Shown here one piece after another: positions 46,908 through 55,263 of a stretch of 64,000 nucleotides of DNA. The stretch's first letter is position 1. Every line of letters starts with the position of its first letter. Made by a program: the position numbers and the translations under genes. Origin of the DNA: a virus (Duplodnaviria > Heunggongvirae > Uroviricota > Caudoviricetes); the IMG/VR virus record IMGVR_UViG_2563366840_000011, positions 1 to 64,000 of that record. One strand, given 5' to 3'. Under the pieces are notes generated by a model, which worked only from the letters and a program-made list of their open reading frames with translations, had not been told where the DNA came from and ran no database searches.

Positions 46908-47088
46908 AGAGTTCAATCTGCGATACCCGGTTGGCAGCGTCTTTATTTATCAGCCAAATCCGGTTTTACGTGGCGGTAAGGTCGTCAGCACCGTTGACCA
47001 GGCTCGTGACTGCCGCGATGTATCGGTAGTTGAAATAAATCAAGAACCTTATTTCGCCAATATTAAATCGCTGATACCAGCTAGCTGA
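46897..47088 (+). CDS. Hypothetical protein (63 aa)
   Basis: ATG overlapping the previous gene end. Confidence 0.3.
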   Translation: MKAKEFNLRYPVGSVFIYQPNPVLRGGKVVSTVDQARDCRDVSVVEINQEPYFANIKSLIPAS

Positions 47089-47168
47089 AATAACTTTTAA
47101 TTAAACCTGTTTTAAATATGGCGTAAACCCGCCGGGGCTGGCTTACGCCTGAATTAAGGAGTTCTGTA

Positions 47169-47891
47169 ATGGAAAATAAAGAGAAATATCTCCAGCGTAT
47201 TAAAAAACTGCTGGCAATGGCGCGTAATAACTCCAGCGCTGAAGAAGCAGCACTCGCGCTGAGCCGCGCCCAGCGCCTGATGGAAACCCACAAACTGACT
47301 GAAGCCGATGCGGCGATGATGGATATCAACGAGGCATCCACTCAGAAAGCCCCATCACATGCTGAAAAGATGCCTGAATATATGGCGCTACTGGCTCATA
47401 TGATAGCGCTGGCATTCGGGGTTAAGTTCTATACCACCCACGGTCATGAGCGCTGGGATGCTCCAGCAAAACGCACCATCACCTATTACGGACCGGACGA
47501 ACGTCCGCAGGTTGCAGCTTATTCCTTCGAGGTTCTTGGCAAGCAGCTGGCGAAGGCCCGTCGTGAATACACCGCCACGTTGCGTAAAAATATCAAACCC
47601 GCCACCAAGGTGGCTCGTGCCGATACGTTCTGCTCTGCCTGGGTGAATGGTGCCTATGCCGTTATCAGTGACTTTGCCGTCACTGAGGCCGAAGAGACTC
47701 TCATGGAGAGCTATCGCAGCAAAAAACTGAGTCAGGGCATGAAGAAACTGGAGCCTCGTAAACCGGGAAAAGCCAGCGGCACCGATGATGCAGCTAATCA
47801 GGGTTATCGGGCTGGCCGCAATGCGCAGTTACATCATGCTGTGACGGGGTCTTCAAATGCTGTAGCTCGAATTGAAGGGGGACCTCAATGA
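47169..47891 (+). CDS. Hypothetical protein (DUF2786-like N-terminus guess)
   Basis: 240-aa ORF with AAGGAG SD. Confidence 0.4.
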   Translation: MENKEKYLQRIKKLLAMARNNSSAEEAALALSRAQRLMETHKLTEADAAMMDINEASTQKAPSHAEKMPEYMALLAHMIALAFGVKFYTTHGHERWDAPAKRTITYYGPDERPQVAAYSFEVLGKQLAKARREYTATLRKNIKPATKVARADTFCSAWVNGAYAVISDFAVTEAEETLMESYRSKKLSQGMKKLEPRKPGKASGTDDAANQGYRAGRNAQLHHAVTGSSNAVARIEGGPQ

Positions 47892-48391
47892 GAGATATCA
47901 CCGCACTGGCGCAACACCTAAGAGTGTATGCCGAAGAATTCAGTTATCCGGTTCTATCTCCTGATGATTGCAAAACGCTGGTAGATGCGCTGGAAGCAGG
48001 ACAACCACACCACAACGGCCTGATGCAGCTCTCTAATGAACTGGTGATGGCTAAGCAGAGAATCGCAGAACTGGAGTCCGGCACAGCCACCGCGTCGCAG
48101 AGCGATTACTTTGCCTCTCTGGTAGCAATGGCTCGTGTTTCAGCAGAAAAAGCGATGCGGAAGTTCCCTCAGCCGAACTACGTGCTTCTTAAGGTTGCGG
48201 AGGAAGCTGGCGAGGTCGTGCAGGCCGGGGTCCATTACGCAGAGAAACGGATGGAGTGGCAGCAGGTAGAGGGCGAGATTGTCCAGCTGTTGGCAATGCT
48301 GATTCGCCTGGTGACGGAGGGCGACCAGATTAATGGCATCACTCCTCCGGCCGATGGCATCCAGGTTATCGAAGGGGATAATTATGACTGA
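47888..48391 (+). CDS. Protein with C-terminal MazG-like nucleotide pyrophosphohydrolase domain
   Basis: 167-aa ORF; EExGE-type motif (AEEAGEV) in an all-alpha C-terminal region. Confidence 0.5.
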   Translation: MRDITALAQHLRVYAEEFSYPVLSPDDCKTLVDALEAGQPHHNGLMQLSNELVMAKQRIAELESGTATASQSDYFASLVAMARVSAEKAMRKFPQPNYVLLKVAEEAGEVVQAGVHYAEKRMEWQQVEGEIVQLLAMLIRLVTEGDQINGITPPADGIQVIEGDNYD

Positions 48392-48749
48392 ACAACAGCG
48401 CAAGCCGGTGGTATTCATCGCCGGGCCGATGACCGGGTATCAGGATTATAACCGGGCAGAGTTCGACGCTGAGGCTAGTGTCCTGTCCGATCGAGGCTTC
48501 ACCGTACTAAATCCGGCGATACTTCCAGATGGCCTTGAGCACCAGCAATATCTGGCAATTACGCTGGCGATGCTGGAGCAGGCTGATGCGGTATTCCTGC
48601 TGAACGGGTGGGAAAAGAGTACCGGCGCTACCAGGGAGTTTGATCGTGCCTGTGAACTAGGGCTGCTGTTCCTTTACCAGGACTGGGAAAGCGTGTCTGT
48701 TGCGATCCACCGTAAGCGTCACCCATTAACGGAGGTGAGTTATGCATAG
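48384..48749 (+). CDS. DUF4406 / nucleoside 2-deoxyribosyltransferase-like protein
   Basis: 121 aa; N-terminal VVFIAGPMTG and AVFLLNGWEKSTGATRE pattern; overlaps the MazG-like gene end. Confidence 0.5.
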   Translation: MTEQQRKPVVFIAGPMTGYQDYNRAEFDAEASVLSDRGFTVLNPAILPDGLEHQQYLAITLAMLEQADAVFLLNGWEKSTGATREFDRACELGLLFLYQDWESVSVAIHRKRHPLTEVSYA

Positions 48750-48957
48750 CGTAACGGGTTGCCAGTTTCAGGACAACGGAAACCGCCGAATCTGGTTCTT
48801 CCGCGATAACAGCCAGGTTGTCGAGTTGTTGGCGGTGCCACTTAAGCTGCGGTTCAACTATTACGACGCGAACAACCGTACAGTTCGCAATAAGGGTACT
48901 CAGGCTGATATGAAAAAGGCGATTGAATCTTTCAAGAAACTTCGGGGGATAAAGTGA
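48742..48957 (+). CDS. Hypothetical protein (71 aa)
   Basis: ORF overlapping the previous stop. Confidence 0.3.
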   Translation: MHSVTGCQFQDNGNRRIWFFRDNSQVVELLAVPLKLRFNYYDANNRTVRNKGTQADMKKAIESFKKLRGIK

Positions 48958-49175
48958 TGGATATAGCTTTAGTCCTAATATTTCTGGCGATGTATTTAAC
49001 ACTTGGCTGGTGTTGGGTATGCATCCTTGTCCGATTAGTGGGATTAGCTAATTTATCCCGACAGAATTGCTGGTTTGCCTTTCTCTTATGGCCTTTGAGC
49101 ATTATCGCGACCGATGCGAATCTGGAGGAAAACGATGGGACATCTCCTGAGAAATCTGACAGCAAAGACCTTTAA
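48954..49175 (+). CDS. Hypothetical small membrane protein
   Basis: 73-aa ORF with two hydrophobic segments. Confidence 0.3.
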   Translation: MMDIALVLIFLAMYLTLGWCWVCILVRLVGLANLSRQNCWFAFLLWPLSIIATDANLEENDGTSPEKSDSKDL

Positions 49176-49411
49176 CCAGCGCTTCCCCGTTGACTCACAG
49201 TTCCATTATTACCTGATACCTGGTGTATCGGAGCGGGAAACTGTAATAACCCGCCCGGCAGCCTGGCATATGCGCAATGGTCGTCTGGTTGTCAGGGTCG
49301 AAGGGAAAATCGGTGGTATATCAGTCAGCAAAATGAAACCTTGAAAGTAAGTCATTACAGCAGGCACTTCATAAAGTGCCTGCGATAATGACAACCAACA
49401 GGAGAAATATT

Positions 49412-49888
49412 ATGTCCACGCCAGCAAAACGAGGCCTTATAGGGGCAATTAAAGCCGGTCAGGCATATCTGGGGTGGGATGAGGTAACCTACCGTAGTGT
49501 TCTGTCTCGCTTATGCAACGGTAAAACATCATCCACTAAATGCACCCTCGACGAGCTGCAGGCTGTCAGGGAATATATGCATGACAAGGGTTTTCCTCGC
49601 TACTCAGCAAAACACGGTCGACGCCCAAAGGTTGCCAATACGCGCGAGTCAATTCTTTCTAAAATTAACGCATTACTTGCAGATGCAAAACGTCCGTGGA
49701 ATTATGCCGAGAAAATGTGCGATCATATGTTTCACGTCAAATACATCGAGTGGTTGACGACTGAACAGTTAACCAAACTCATGCAGGCTCTCAGCATTGA
49801 TGCGAGTCGGCGAAAAAAGCGGGAGCGTAATAATGAATCTGGAACAGGTAACGGAGCTGCTGCCATCAGCAGTGATTCAAATAGCTGA
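49412..49888 (+). CDS. gemA: GemA-like regulatory protein (Mu gp16 family)
   Basis: 158 aa from ATG with AGGAG SD; position immediately before mor. Confidence 0.5.
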   Translation: MSTPAKRGLIGAIKAGQAYLGWDEVTYRSVLSRLCNGKTSSTKCTLDELQAVREYMHDKGFPRYSAKHGRRPKVANTRESILSKINALLADAKRPWNYAEKMCDHMFHVKYIEWLTTEQLTKLMQALSIDASRRKKRERNNESGTGNGAAAISSDSNS

Positions 49889-50267
49889 CCTGATAGGCTT
49901 CCCGGCGACCGAGCAGCTTCTTTCTGCTTTTGGTGGCACCACGTTCCCGATAGGTAAAGGCCTCCGCGCTATGGGGGCCAGCCGCGCAGCCCTCCTGCGC
50001 AATACTATCGGCGATGATAAAACCCAATTACTCATCAAGAATTTCGGCGGAGAAGTTCTCTATTTACCCCGCTGTGATCGTGCCCTTCGTGAATTACGCA
50101 ACCGCCGCTTTCTCGCCGAGTTCGCCGAAGTGCGTGAACAAGGTTCATCCTCTCTTATGGCCATGACCTTTCTTTGCCCTAAGTATGGATTTAGTGATCG
50201 CTTTGCGTGGGAACTTCTTGCACAGCAGAAAAACAAAGGTTGTAACAGTCAAGGAAAATTATTCTAA
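49833..50267 (+). CDS. mor: Mor/C-family middle/late transcription activator
   Basis: 144 aa; overlaps the gemA end as mor does in Mu; C-terminal HTH region. Confidence 0.6.
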   Translation: MNLEQVTELLPSAVIQIADLIGFPATEQLLSAFGGTTFPIGKGLRAMGASRAALLRNTIGDDKTQLLIKNFGGEVLYLPRCDRALRELRNRRFLAEFAEVREQGSSSLMAMTFLCPKYGFSDRFAWELLAQQKNKGCNSQGKLF

Positions 50268-50773
50268 TGCGCAATACAATGAGATATATGGCATTTTTCT
50301 TGGTGGTATTTAGTACTACTGTAGTGGCAAAAACAGTACCCAATACAAAAGCAGTTGAAACTTATAAAAATCAACTTGAGGAAACTAAGAGAATATTTAA
50401 TGAAACGCAGAGCACTTTAATGGGTGCAACTGCTGTTTTTGATATGTACAAGAGTCTGGGATATCTTACACCTGAAGTTGTTGCAGTGAGTCGTCATTTC
50501 CTCCTCCTTGATGAGGATGCGAAAAAATTGTATGGGGAGAATCTTCTTTTAAACCCTACACCTTTTAGCTCTTGTGCTACGTTACCAGCAGCAGCTTACT
50601 CATATTGGATGGCAAGGCTATCTTCATTAAAAACTGATAATGTTAAGGCTGTGAATGCGCAGGGTGAATCATACATAAAACAGGGTAAGGAATGTAAATT
50701 TGCAATTAACAACCCACCTCCCTCGCATATTGAAGAAAGTGATTATGTAGAGATAATTGATGTTACTCAATAA
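50267..50773 (+). CDS. AT-rich ORF encoding a 168-aa predicted secreted protein (N-terminal signal peptide), unknown function
   Basis: Start overlaps mor stop (TAATG) with AAGGAAAA SD; hydrophobic N-terminus MRYMAFFLVVFSTTVVA; visibly lower GC than neighbours. Confidence 0.5.
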   Translation: MRNTMRYMAFFLVVFSTTVVAKTVPNTKAVETYKNQLEETKRIFNETQSTLMGATAVFDMYKSLGYLTPEVVAVSRHFLLLDEDAKKLYGENLLLNPTPFSSCATLPAAAYSYWMARLSSLKTDNVKAVNAQGESYIKQGKECKFAINNPPPSHIEESDYVEIIDVTQ

Positions 50774-50851
50774 ACCACTGAACCCCTTCACCTGATTATT
50801 CACCTAACCTGATGAAATACTGACGCCATCCCTTTTTAACCGGATGGCGTT

Positions 50852-51496
50852 ATGCTTTTAACACTCCCACAATTTCAGCGAGCCGCAGGCCTTTCGCCAG
50901 TAATGGCGCAACGCTGGTTTGAACCATTCAGTAAAGCCACCGCTGAATTCGAAATTAATACACCCGCCCGACTTGCCGCCTTTATTGCTCAAACCGGCCA
51001 TGAGAGCGCGGGTTTCAGTCGGCTCAGTGAAAATCTCTATTACTCAGATGCTGAGCGCGTGGCGCGTATTTTCCGCAGCGACTTCGATCTCAATAAGAAT
51101 CGTATTATCGATCCGAGCGAGGTTGAATTTGCCCGCCGCTATACCCGTAACCCTGAAAAAATGGCCAATTATGTTTACGCAAATCAGGGGGGTAACGGTA
51201 ATGAAGCATCAGGCGATGGCTGGCGCTTTCGCGGACGTGGCCTGATTCAGATTACCCTGCGCAATAATTACCGCCTTTGCGGTAAGGCGCTGGGCCTCGA
51301 TCTCATCGCGGATCCCGATTTGTTACTGGAGTATCTCAACGCAGCCCGCAGCGCTGCCTGGTACTGGAAGGCAAATGGCTGCAACGAGCTGGCTGACAAA
51401 GGCAATTTTCTGGCCGTAACCCGGCGTATCAACCCTCCGGCTGAAGGTCAGGCTGACCGCGTGGCGCGGCTGAATGTCGCTAAGGCGGCGCTATGA
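50852..51496 (+). CDS. Endolysin, glycoside hydrolase family 19 (chitinase-like lysozyme)
   Basis: 214-aa ORF with GH19-type motifs (AAFIAQTGHESAGF, RGRGLIQITLRNNY). Confidence 0.75.
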   Translation: MLLTLPQFQRAAGLSPVMAQRWFEPFSKATAEFEINTPARLAAFIAQTGHESAGFSRLSENLYYSDAERVARIFRSDFDLNKNRIIDPSEVEFARRYTRNPEKMANYVYANQGGNGNEASGDGWRFRGRGLIQITLRNNYRLCGKALGLDLIADPDLLLEYLNAARSAAWYWKANGCNELADKGNFLAVTRRINPPAEGQADRVARLNVAKAAL

Positions 51497-51756
51497 AAAT
51501 ATCTCTGCGCGATCTGGTGACGAACCCGGCCACCGGTCGTCTCTCTACGTCAGACACCATCGTTTTTCTGGCCTTCCTGGTCAGTTCCTTCGTACTGGTC
51601 TGGCTCACCGTTACCCGCCCCGAAACTCCTGGTGAGCTGTATCTCACCTATCTGGGCGCGTGGGTGGCTCAGAGTCAGGCATCAAAACATATGTCCATCA
51701 AACGAGCCAGAGAGGTGCGCGATGTGGGAAGCAGCCCAGAAAATCCTGAGGGTTAG
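51493..51756 (+). CDS. Small membrane protein, candidate holin/antiholin
   Basis: 87-aa ORF with one strong TM directly after the endolysin. Confidence 0.35.
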   Translation: MKISLRDLVTNPATGRLSTSDTIVFLAFLVSSFVLVWLTVTRPETPGELYLTYLGAWVAQSQASKHMSIKRAREVRDVGSSPENPEG

Positions 51757-52354
51757 CTGGAAACCGCTGCTCGTCGTCGTGGTTCTGACAGGCAGCGGGA
51801 TATGGTTCGGCACCTTCCTCACAGGCAACAAGCTGGACGCTCAGGCGCTGGCCTTCAGCCAGGAGAAGCAACGCCTGACTGATGGTTTCAGTGAAAAAGA
51901 ACGGCAGTGGGATCAGGAGAGGCTCGGCGCTGCAAATCAGTATGCAGCTAACCTGAAGGCTGCACTTGATAAGCAGAACGCCTGGCAGCAGAAAGCGGAT
52001 GCGCTGACCCGCGAGCTGGCTGAAAAGCAAAAGGCACATGACGAGACTGTTCGCGATCTTAAAAAGAGGCTTAAAGATGCACTTGATAAAGATGGTCCTG
52101 GTTATACCGGCATTGGCCCTGGCGGCCTGCAGCTCTTCCGTGAAGCCTTTGGCTACTCAGGATCCGAAAGCCTCCCCGCTGGTCAGCATCTGCCAGCCAC
52201 CGCCAGCGGCGCTCCTGGTCATACCGGCCAGACCACAGGCACCGGTGGCGGACTCTCCCCCACTGGAATAGTGTCGTTTTCAGCGGAATACGGCGCATGG
52301 TGCCAGCTCATTGAGGGCAGGCTGCAGGCAATAAATGAGTATTACAGGAAGTGA
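51722..52354 (+). CDS. i-spanin (Rz-like)
   Basis: N-terminal TM then coiled-coil-rich periplasmic domain; hosts an embedded lipoprotein ORF. Confidence 0.55.
   Translation: MWEAAQKILRVSWKPLLVVVVLTGSGIWFGTFLTGNKLDAQALAFSQEKQRLTDGFSEKERQWDQERLGAANQYAANLKAALDKQNAWQQKADALTRELAEKQKAHDETVRDLKKRLKDALDKDGPGYTGIGPGGLQLFREAFGYSGSESLPAGQHLPATASGAPGHTGQTTGTGGGLSPTGIVSFSAEYGAWCQLIEGRLQAINEYYRK
52077..52271 (+). CDS. o-spanin (Rz1-like lipoprotein) embedded in the i-spanin gene
   Basis: Nested ORF with lipobox LAAC and Pro-rich mature sequence; start among nearby Met codons uncertain. Confidence 0.5.
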   Translation: MHLIKMVLVIPALALAACSSSVKPLATQDPKASPLVSICQPPPAALLVIPARPQAPVADSPPLE

Positions 52355-52605
52355 ACAACATCATGACTCTTGATATGGCCTTTCAGATTGCGCTGGCGCT
52401 GGCTGCAACCTTCGGCACCATCTGGATACGCCGTCTGCAAAAAGACATTACCGACCTGGAAAAGGCGGTTGATCGCATCCGGGATGAATACCAGCGCCGT
52501 GAGGATGCGAAAAGTAACTACACCGCAATGATGGATGCGATGAGGGAGCTGCGAGCGGCTATCGAGCGCATTGATAACAAACTGGACAGGAAACAGGACA
52601 AATGA
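52351..52605 (+). CDS. Hypothetical membrane/coiled-coil protein
   Basis: 84-aa ORF. Confidence 0.35.
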   Translation: MNNIMTLDMAFQIALALAATFGTIWIRRLQKDITDLEKAVDRIRDEYQRREDAKSNYTAMMDAMRELRAAIERIDNKLDRKQDK

Positions 52606-52886
52606 AAGCCAGACATAAGCGCAGAACCCGCCGCGCGACAATCAGCCAGAGCGAGCAGGAAACGCTGAGCCGGATTTCCGCTCAGCTCGAACGCCTGCAG
52701 CCCCCCGTCAGCCCGGACATTCTGGGCGGGATTAATGACAAGCTGAGCCGAATTGATGTTCGCCTCACGACCATCAGCGACGATGCGGCTAGCCGTGGTG
52801 CGTCTGCCGGTGCGATTACGGGTGGAATTGCAGGCGGTGTCATCACTGTGGCGATTCTGCTCATTCGCGCAAAACTGGAGCTGTGA
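52602..52886 (+). CDS. Hypothetical protein with C-terminal TM
   Basis: 94-aa ORF. Confidence 0.35.
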   Translation: MKARHKRRTRRATISQSEQETLSRISAQLERLQPPVSPDILGGINDKLSRIDVRLTTISDDAASRGASAGAITGGIAGGVITVAILLIRAKLEL

Positions 52887-52887
52887 T

Positions 52888-53388
52888 ATGGCGCATCCGC
52901 AGGAAACACGGGAAAAACTGCGACGATCTTATATCTTCGGCCAGATGTCGCTCGAAATCGCCTCCGCTCAGGCTGGCGTGGCATTTGCGACAGCTCGCCG
53001 CTGGAAGAAGGAAGCACAGGACGCAGGCGATGACTGGGACAAGTTACGCGCCGCTCACCTTATGGCCGGGAATGGTCTTGAGGAGATTGGCCGCGCCATT
53101 CTCACCGGGTTAATGACCCAGTATCAGACCACGCTGGAACTGCTGACAACCGAGTCTCAGCTCCCTCCGGGGGAACGCGTCGAGCTTCTGGCAAGCCTTG
53201 CCGATGCATTTAACAAAGCCGTCGCAGCAAACAAGAAAATACTGCCGGAGGTGAGTCAGCTGGCGGTGGCGCTGGATGTTATCCAGAAGCTCAGCGCATT
53301 TGTCGCCGAGCACTATCCGAAGCATCTGGCAGCGTTCGTGGAAATCCTTGAACCCTTCGGCAAGGAGATGGAGCAACACTATGGCTGA
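52888..53388 (+). CDS. Putative terminase small subunit / DNA-binding packaging protein (Mu gp27-like)
   Basis: 166 aa from ATG at 52888, immediately upstream of the large terminase gene. Confidence 0.4.
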   Translation: MAHPQETREKLRRSYIFGQMSLEIASAQAGVAFATARRWKKEAQDAGDDWDKLRAAHLMAGNGLEEIGRAILTGLMTQYQTTLELLTTESQLPPGERVELLASLADAFNKAVAANKKILPEVSQLAVALDVIQKLSAFVAEHYPKHLAAFVEILEPFGKEMEQHYG

Positions 53389-53587
53389 CCAGTTAATCCG
53401 GGTTAACAGTGAAAACTATGTGATGGCCAGTGACGTGCTGGGTGTCCGGTTCGCGGGCGGCAGAAACGTAACCGTCGCGACGTCGACAGGCTGCTACAGC
53501 CTCGATGTTGATCGAGATAAAACCGGCATCGAGTCGATGAACCGCTTCATCAGCGAGGTTAATAAAGCCCTCCGCAATCATCATTAA
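53381..53587 (+). CDS. Hypothetical protein (68 aa)
   Basis: ATG overlapping the previous stop. Confidence 0.3.
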   Translation: MADQLIRVNSENYVMASDVLGVRFAGGRNVTVATSTGCYSLDVDRDKTGIESMNRFISEVNKALRNHH

Positions 53588-53611
53588 CAGGCTGTTAAGG
53601 GCAAATTAATC

Positions 53612-55261
53612 ATGGCCAGAACTAAGTTATCCAGCAAAGATTTTCTTGCCGAACTGGCGGAACTTTCCGCCAGTCTTCGTCGCACCATTGAAGCCGAAGA
53701 TGTGGGCTTTGACCCCTCCGCAGCTGCAATTGCTGAGCGTCGCGGCCTCGTTGCTGACCCTGTAACGGGGTTTGAATACTTTGTGCAGCATTATTTTCCG
53801 CACTATGTCCGCCATGCCGCCCGCAGTGAGCTGCATAACTATCTCTATAAGCGTCTGCCTGAAATCATCCAGGCCACGGGGAGCCAGAACGATGCAATAG
53901 CGGCTCCCCGTGGTGAAGCCAAATCCACCATCGTGAGTCAGCTTTTTGTCATCTGGTGCATTGTGCTGGCGCTCAAGCATTACCCGGTCATCATTATGGA
54001 CTCCATCGACCAGGCCTATCCGATGCTGGAGGCGATAAAGGCGGAACTGCAGTTTAACCCCCGTCTGCTGATGGACTTTCCTGAAGCGACGGGCGGTGGC
54101 CGCGTCTGGCAGGCCGGGACAATTCTCACCCGCAACGACATTAAGGTGCAGGTCGCCGGTAGTGGTAAAAAGTTGCGTGGCCTGCGCCATGGCCCGTATC
54201 GTCCAGACCTGGCTGTGCTCGATGATATCGAGAACGACGAGCTGGTGCGTAACCCTGAGCAGCGTGACAAGCTCGATAACTGGCTCAAAAAAACCGTCCT
54301 GCCGCTCGGTGGTGCGGGGGCCAAGTTCGATGTGGTGTATATCGGGACAATCCTGCACTACGATTCCGTGCTTTCCCGCACCCTTAAAAATCCGCTATGG
54401 ACGCGGGCCCGGTTCAAAGCGCTCATCAGCTGGCCGCACAATATGTCGCTGTGGGATAAATGGGAAGAGATCCTGCGCAACAACGATGAAGATGGTCAGG
54501 TTCTGGCGCAGGCATATTACCGTGAGCATCAGGCTGAGATGGATGAAGGAGCTGTTGTTTCATGGGCTGCGCGTCCGCTTTATGCATTGATGCTCATCCG
54601 CGCCCGTGATGGCCACAGTACCTTTGATGCGGAATATCAGAACGATCCCGTCAGCGGCGAAGATGCGCCATTTACCGGCTGCATTAACTTCTGGGTCAAC
54701 CGCCTTAACGAGTGGCGCTTCTATGGCGCATGTGACCCCAGCCTGGGTAAACACGGTAACAGCCGCGACCCTTCCGCATTACTGGTCGGTGGCTTCAACC
54801 GCTTCACCGGCATTCTGGATGTGGTCGAAGCGCGTATCCGTAAGCGTGTGCCGGACAAAATTATCTCTGACGTTATCGAGCTGCAGCGGGAATATAACTG
54901 TCTGGTCTGGGCGGTCGAGTCCGTCCAGTTCCAGGAGTTCCTGCGCACCGAACTGGTGAAGCGCTCCGCTGCGATGGGTATCCCCGTTCCTGCCAGGGCC
55001 GTCACGCCTTCGGTTGATAAGCTCCTGCGCATTGAGTCACTGCAGCCACATATGGCCAACGGCCTGATACGGCTGCACCCTTCCCAGACCACACTTATCG
55101 ACCAGCTCCGGCATTTCCCCAAAGCTGACCATGATGACGGGCCAGATGCCCTGCATATGCTCTGGATGCTGGCCGTTTCCGGCGCTGGTAATTTTGAATT
55201 TAAAGCTGTTCCCCGTCGTGGCCATAGCGGAGACAGGTTCGGTCCTTCAGGAGGATTTTGA
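53612..55261 (+). CDS. Terminase large subunit (Mu gp28-like)
   Basis: 549-aa ORF with ATPase and nuclease regions; Mu order before portal. Confidence 0.8.
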   Translation: MARTKLSSKDFLAELAELSASLRRTIEAEDVGFDPSAAAIAERRGLVADPVTGFEYFVQHYFPHYVRHAARSELHNYLYKRLPEIIQATGSQNDAIAAPRGEAKSTIVSQLFVIWCIVLALKHYPVIIMDSIDQAYPMLEAIKAELQFNPRLLMDFPEATGGGRVWQAGTILTRNDIKVQVAGSGKKLRGLRHGPYRPDLAVLDDIENDELVRNPEQRDKLDNWLKKTVLPLGGAGAKFDVVYIGTILHYDSVLSRTLKNPLWTRARFKALISWPHNMSLWDKWEEILRNNDEDGQVLAQAYYREHQAEMDEGAVVSWAARPLYALMLIRARDGHSTFDAEYQNDPVSGEDAPFTGCINFWVNRLNEWRFYGACDPSLGKHGNSRDPSALLVGGFNRFTGILDVVEARIRKRVPDKIISDVIELQREYNCLVWAVESVQFQEFLRTELVKRSAAMGIPVPARAVTPSVDKLLRIESLQPHMANGLIRLHPSQTTLIDQLRHFPKADHDDGPDALHMLWMLAVSGAGNFEFKAVPRRGHSGDRFGPSGGF

Positions 55262-55263
55262 TA

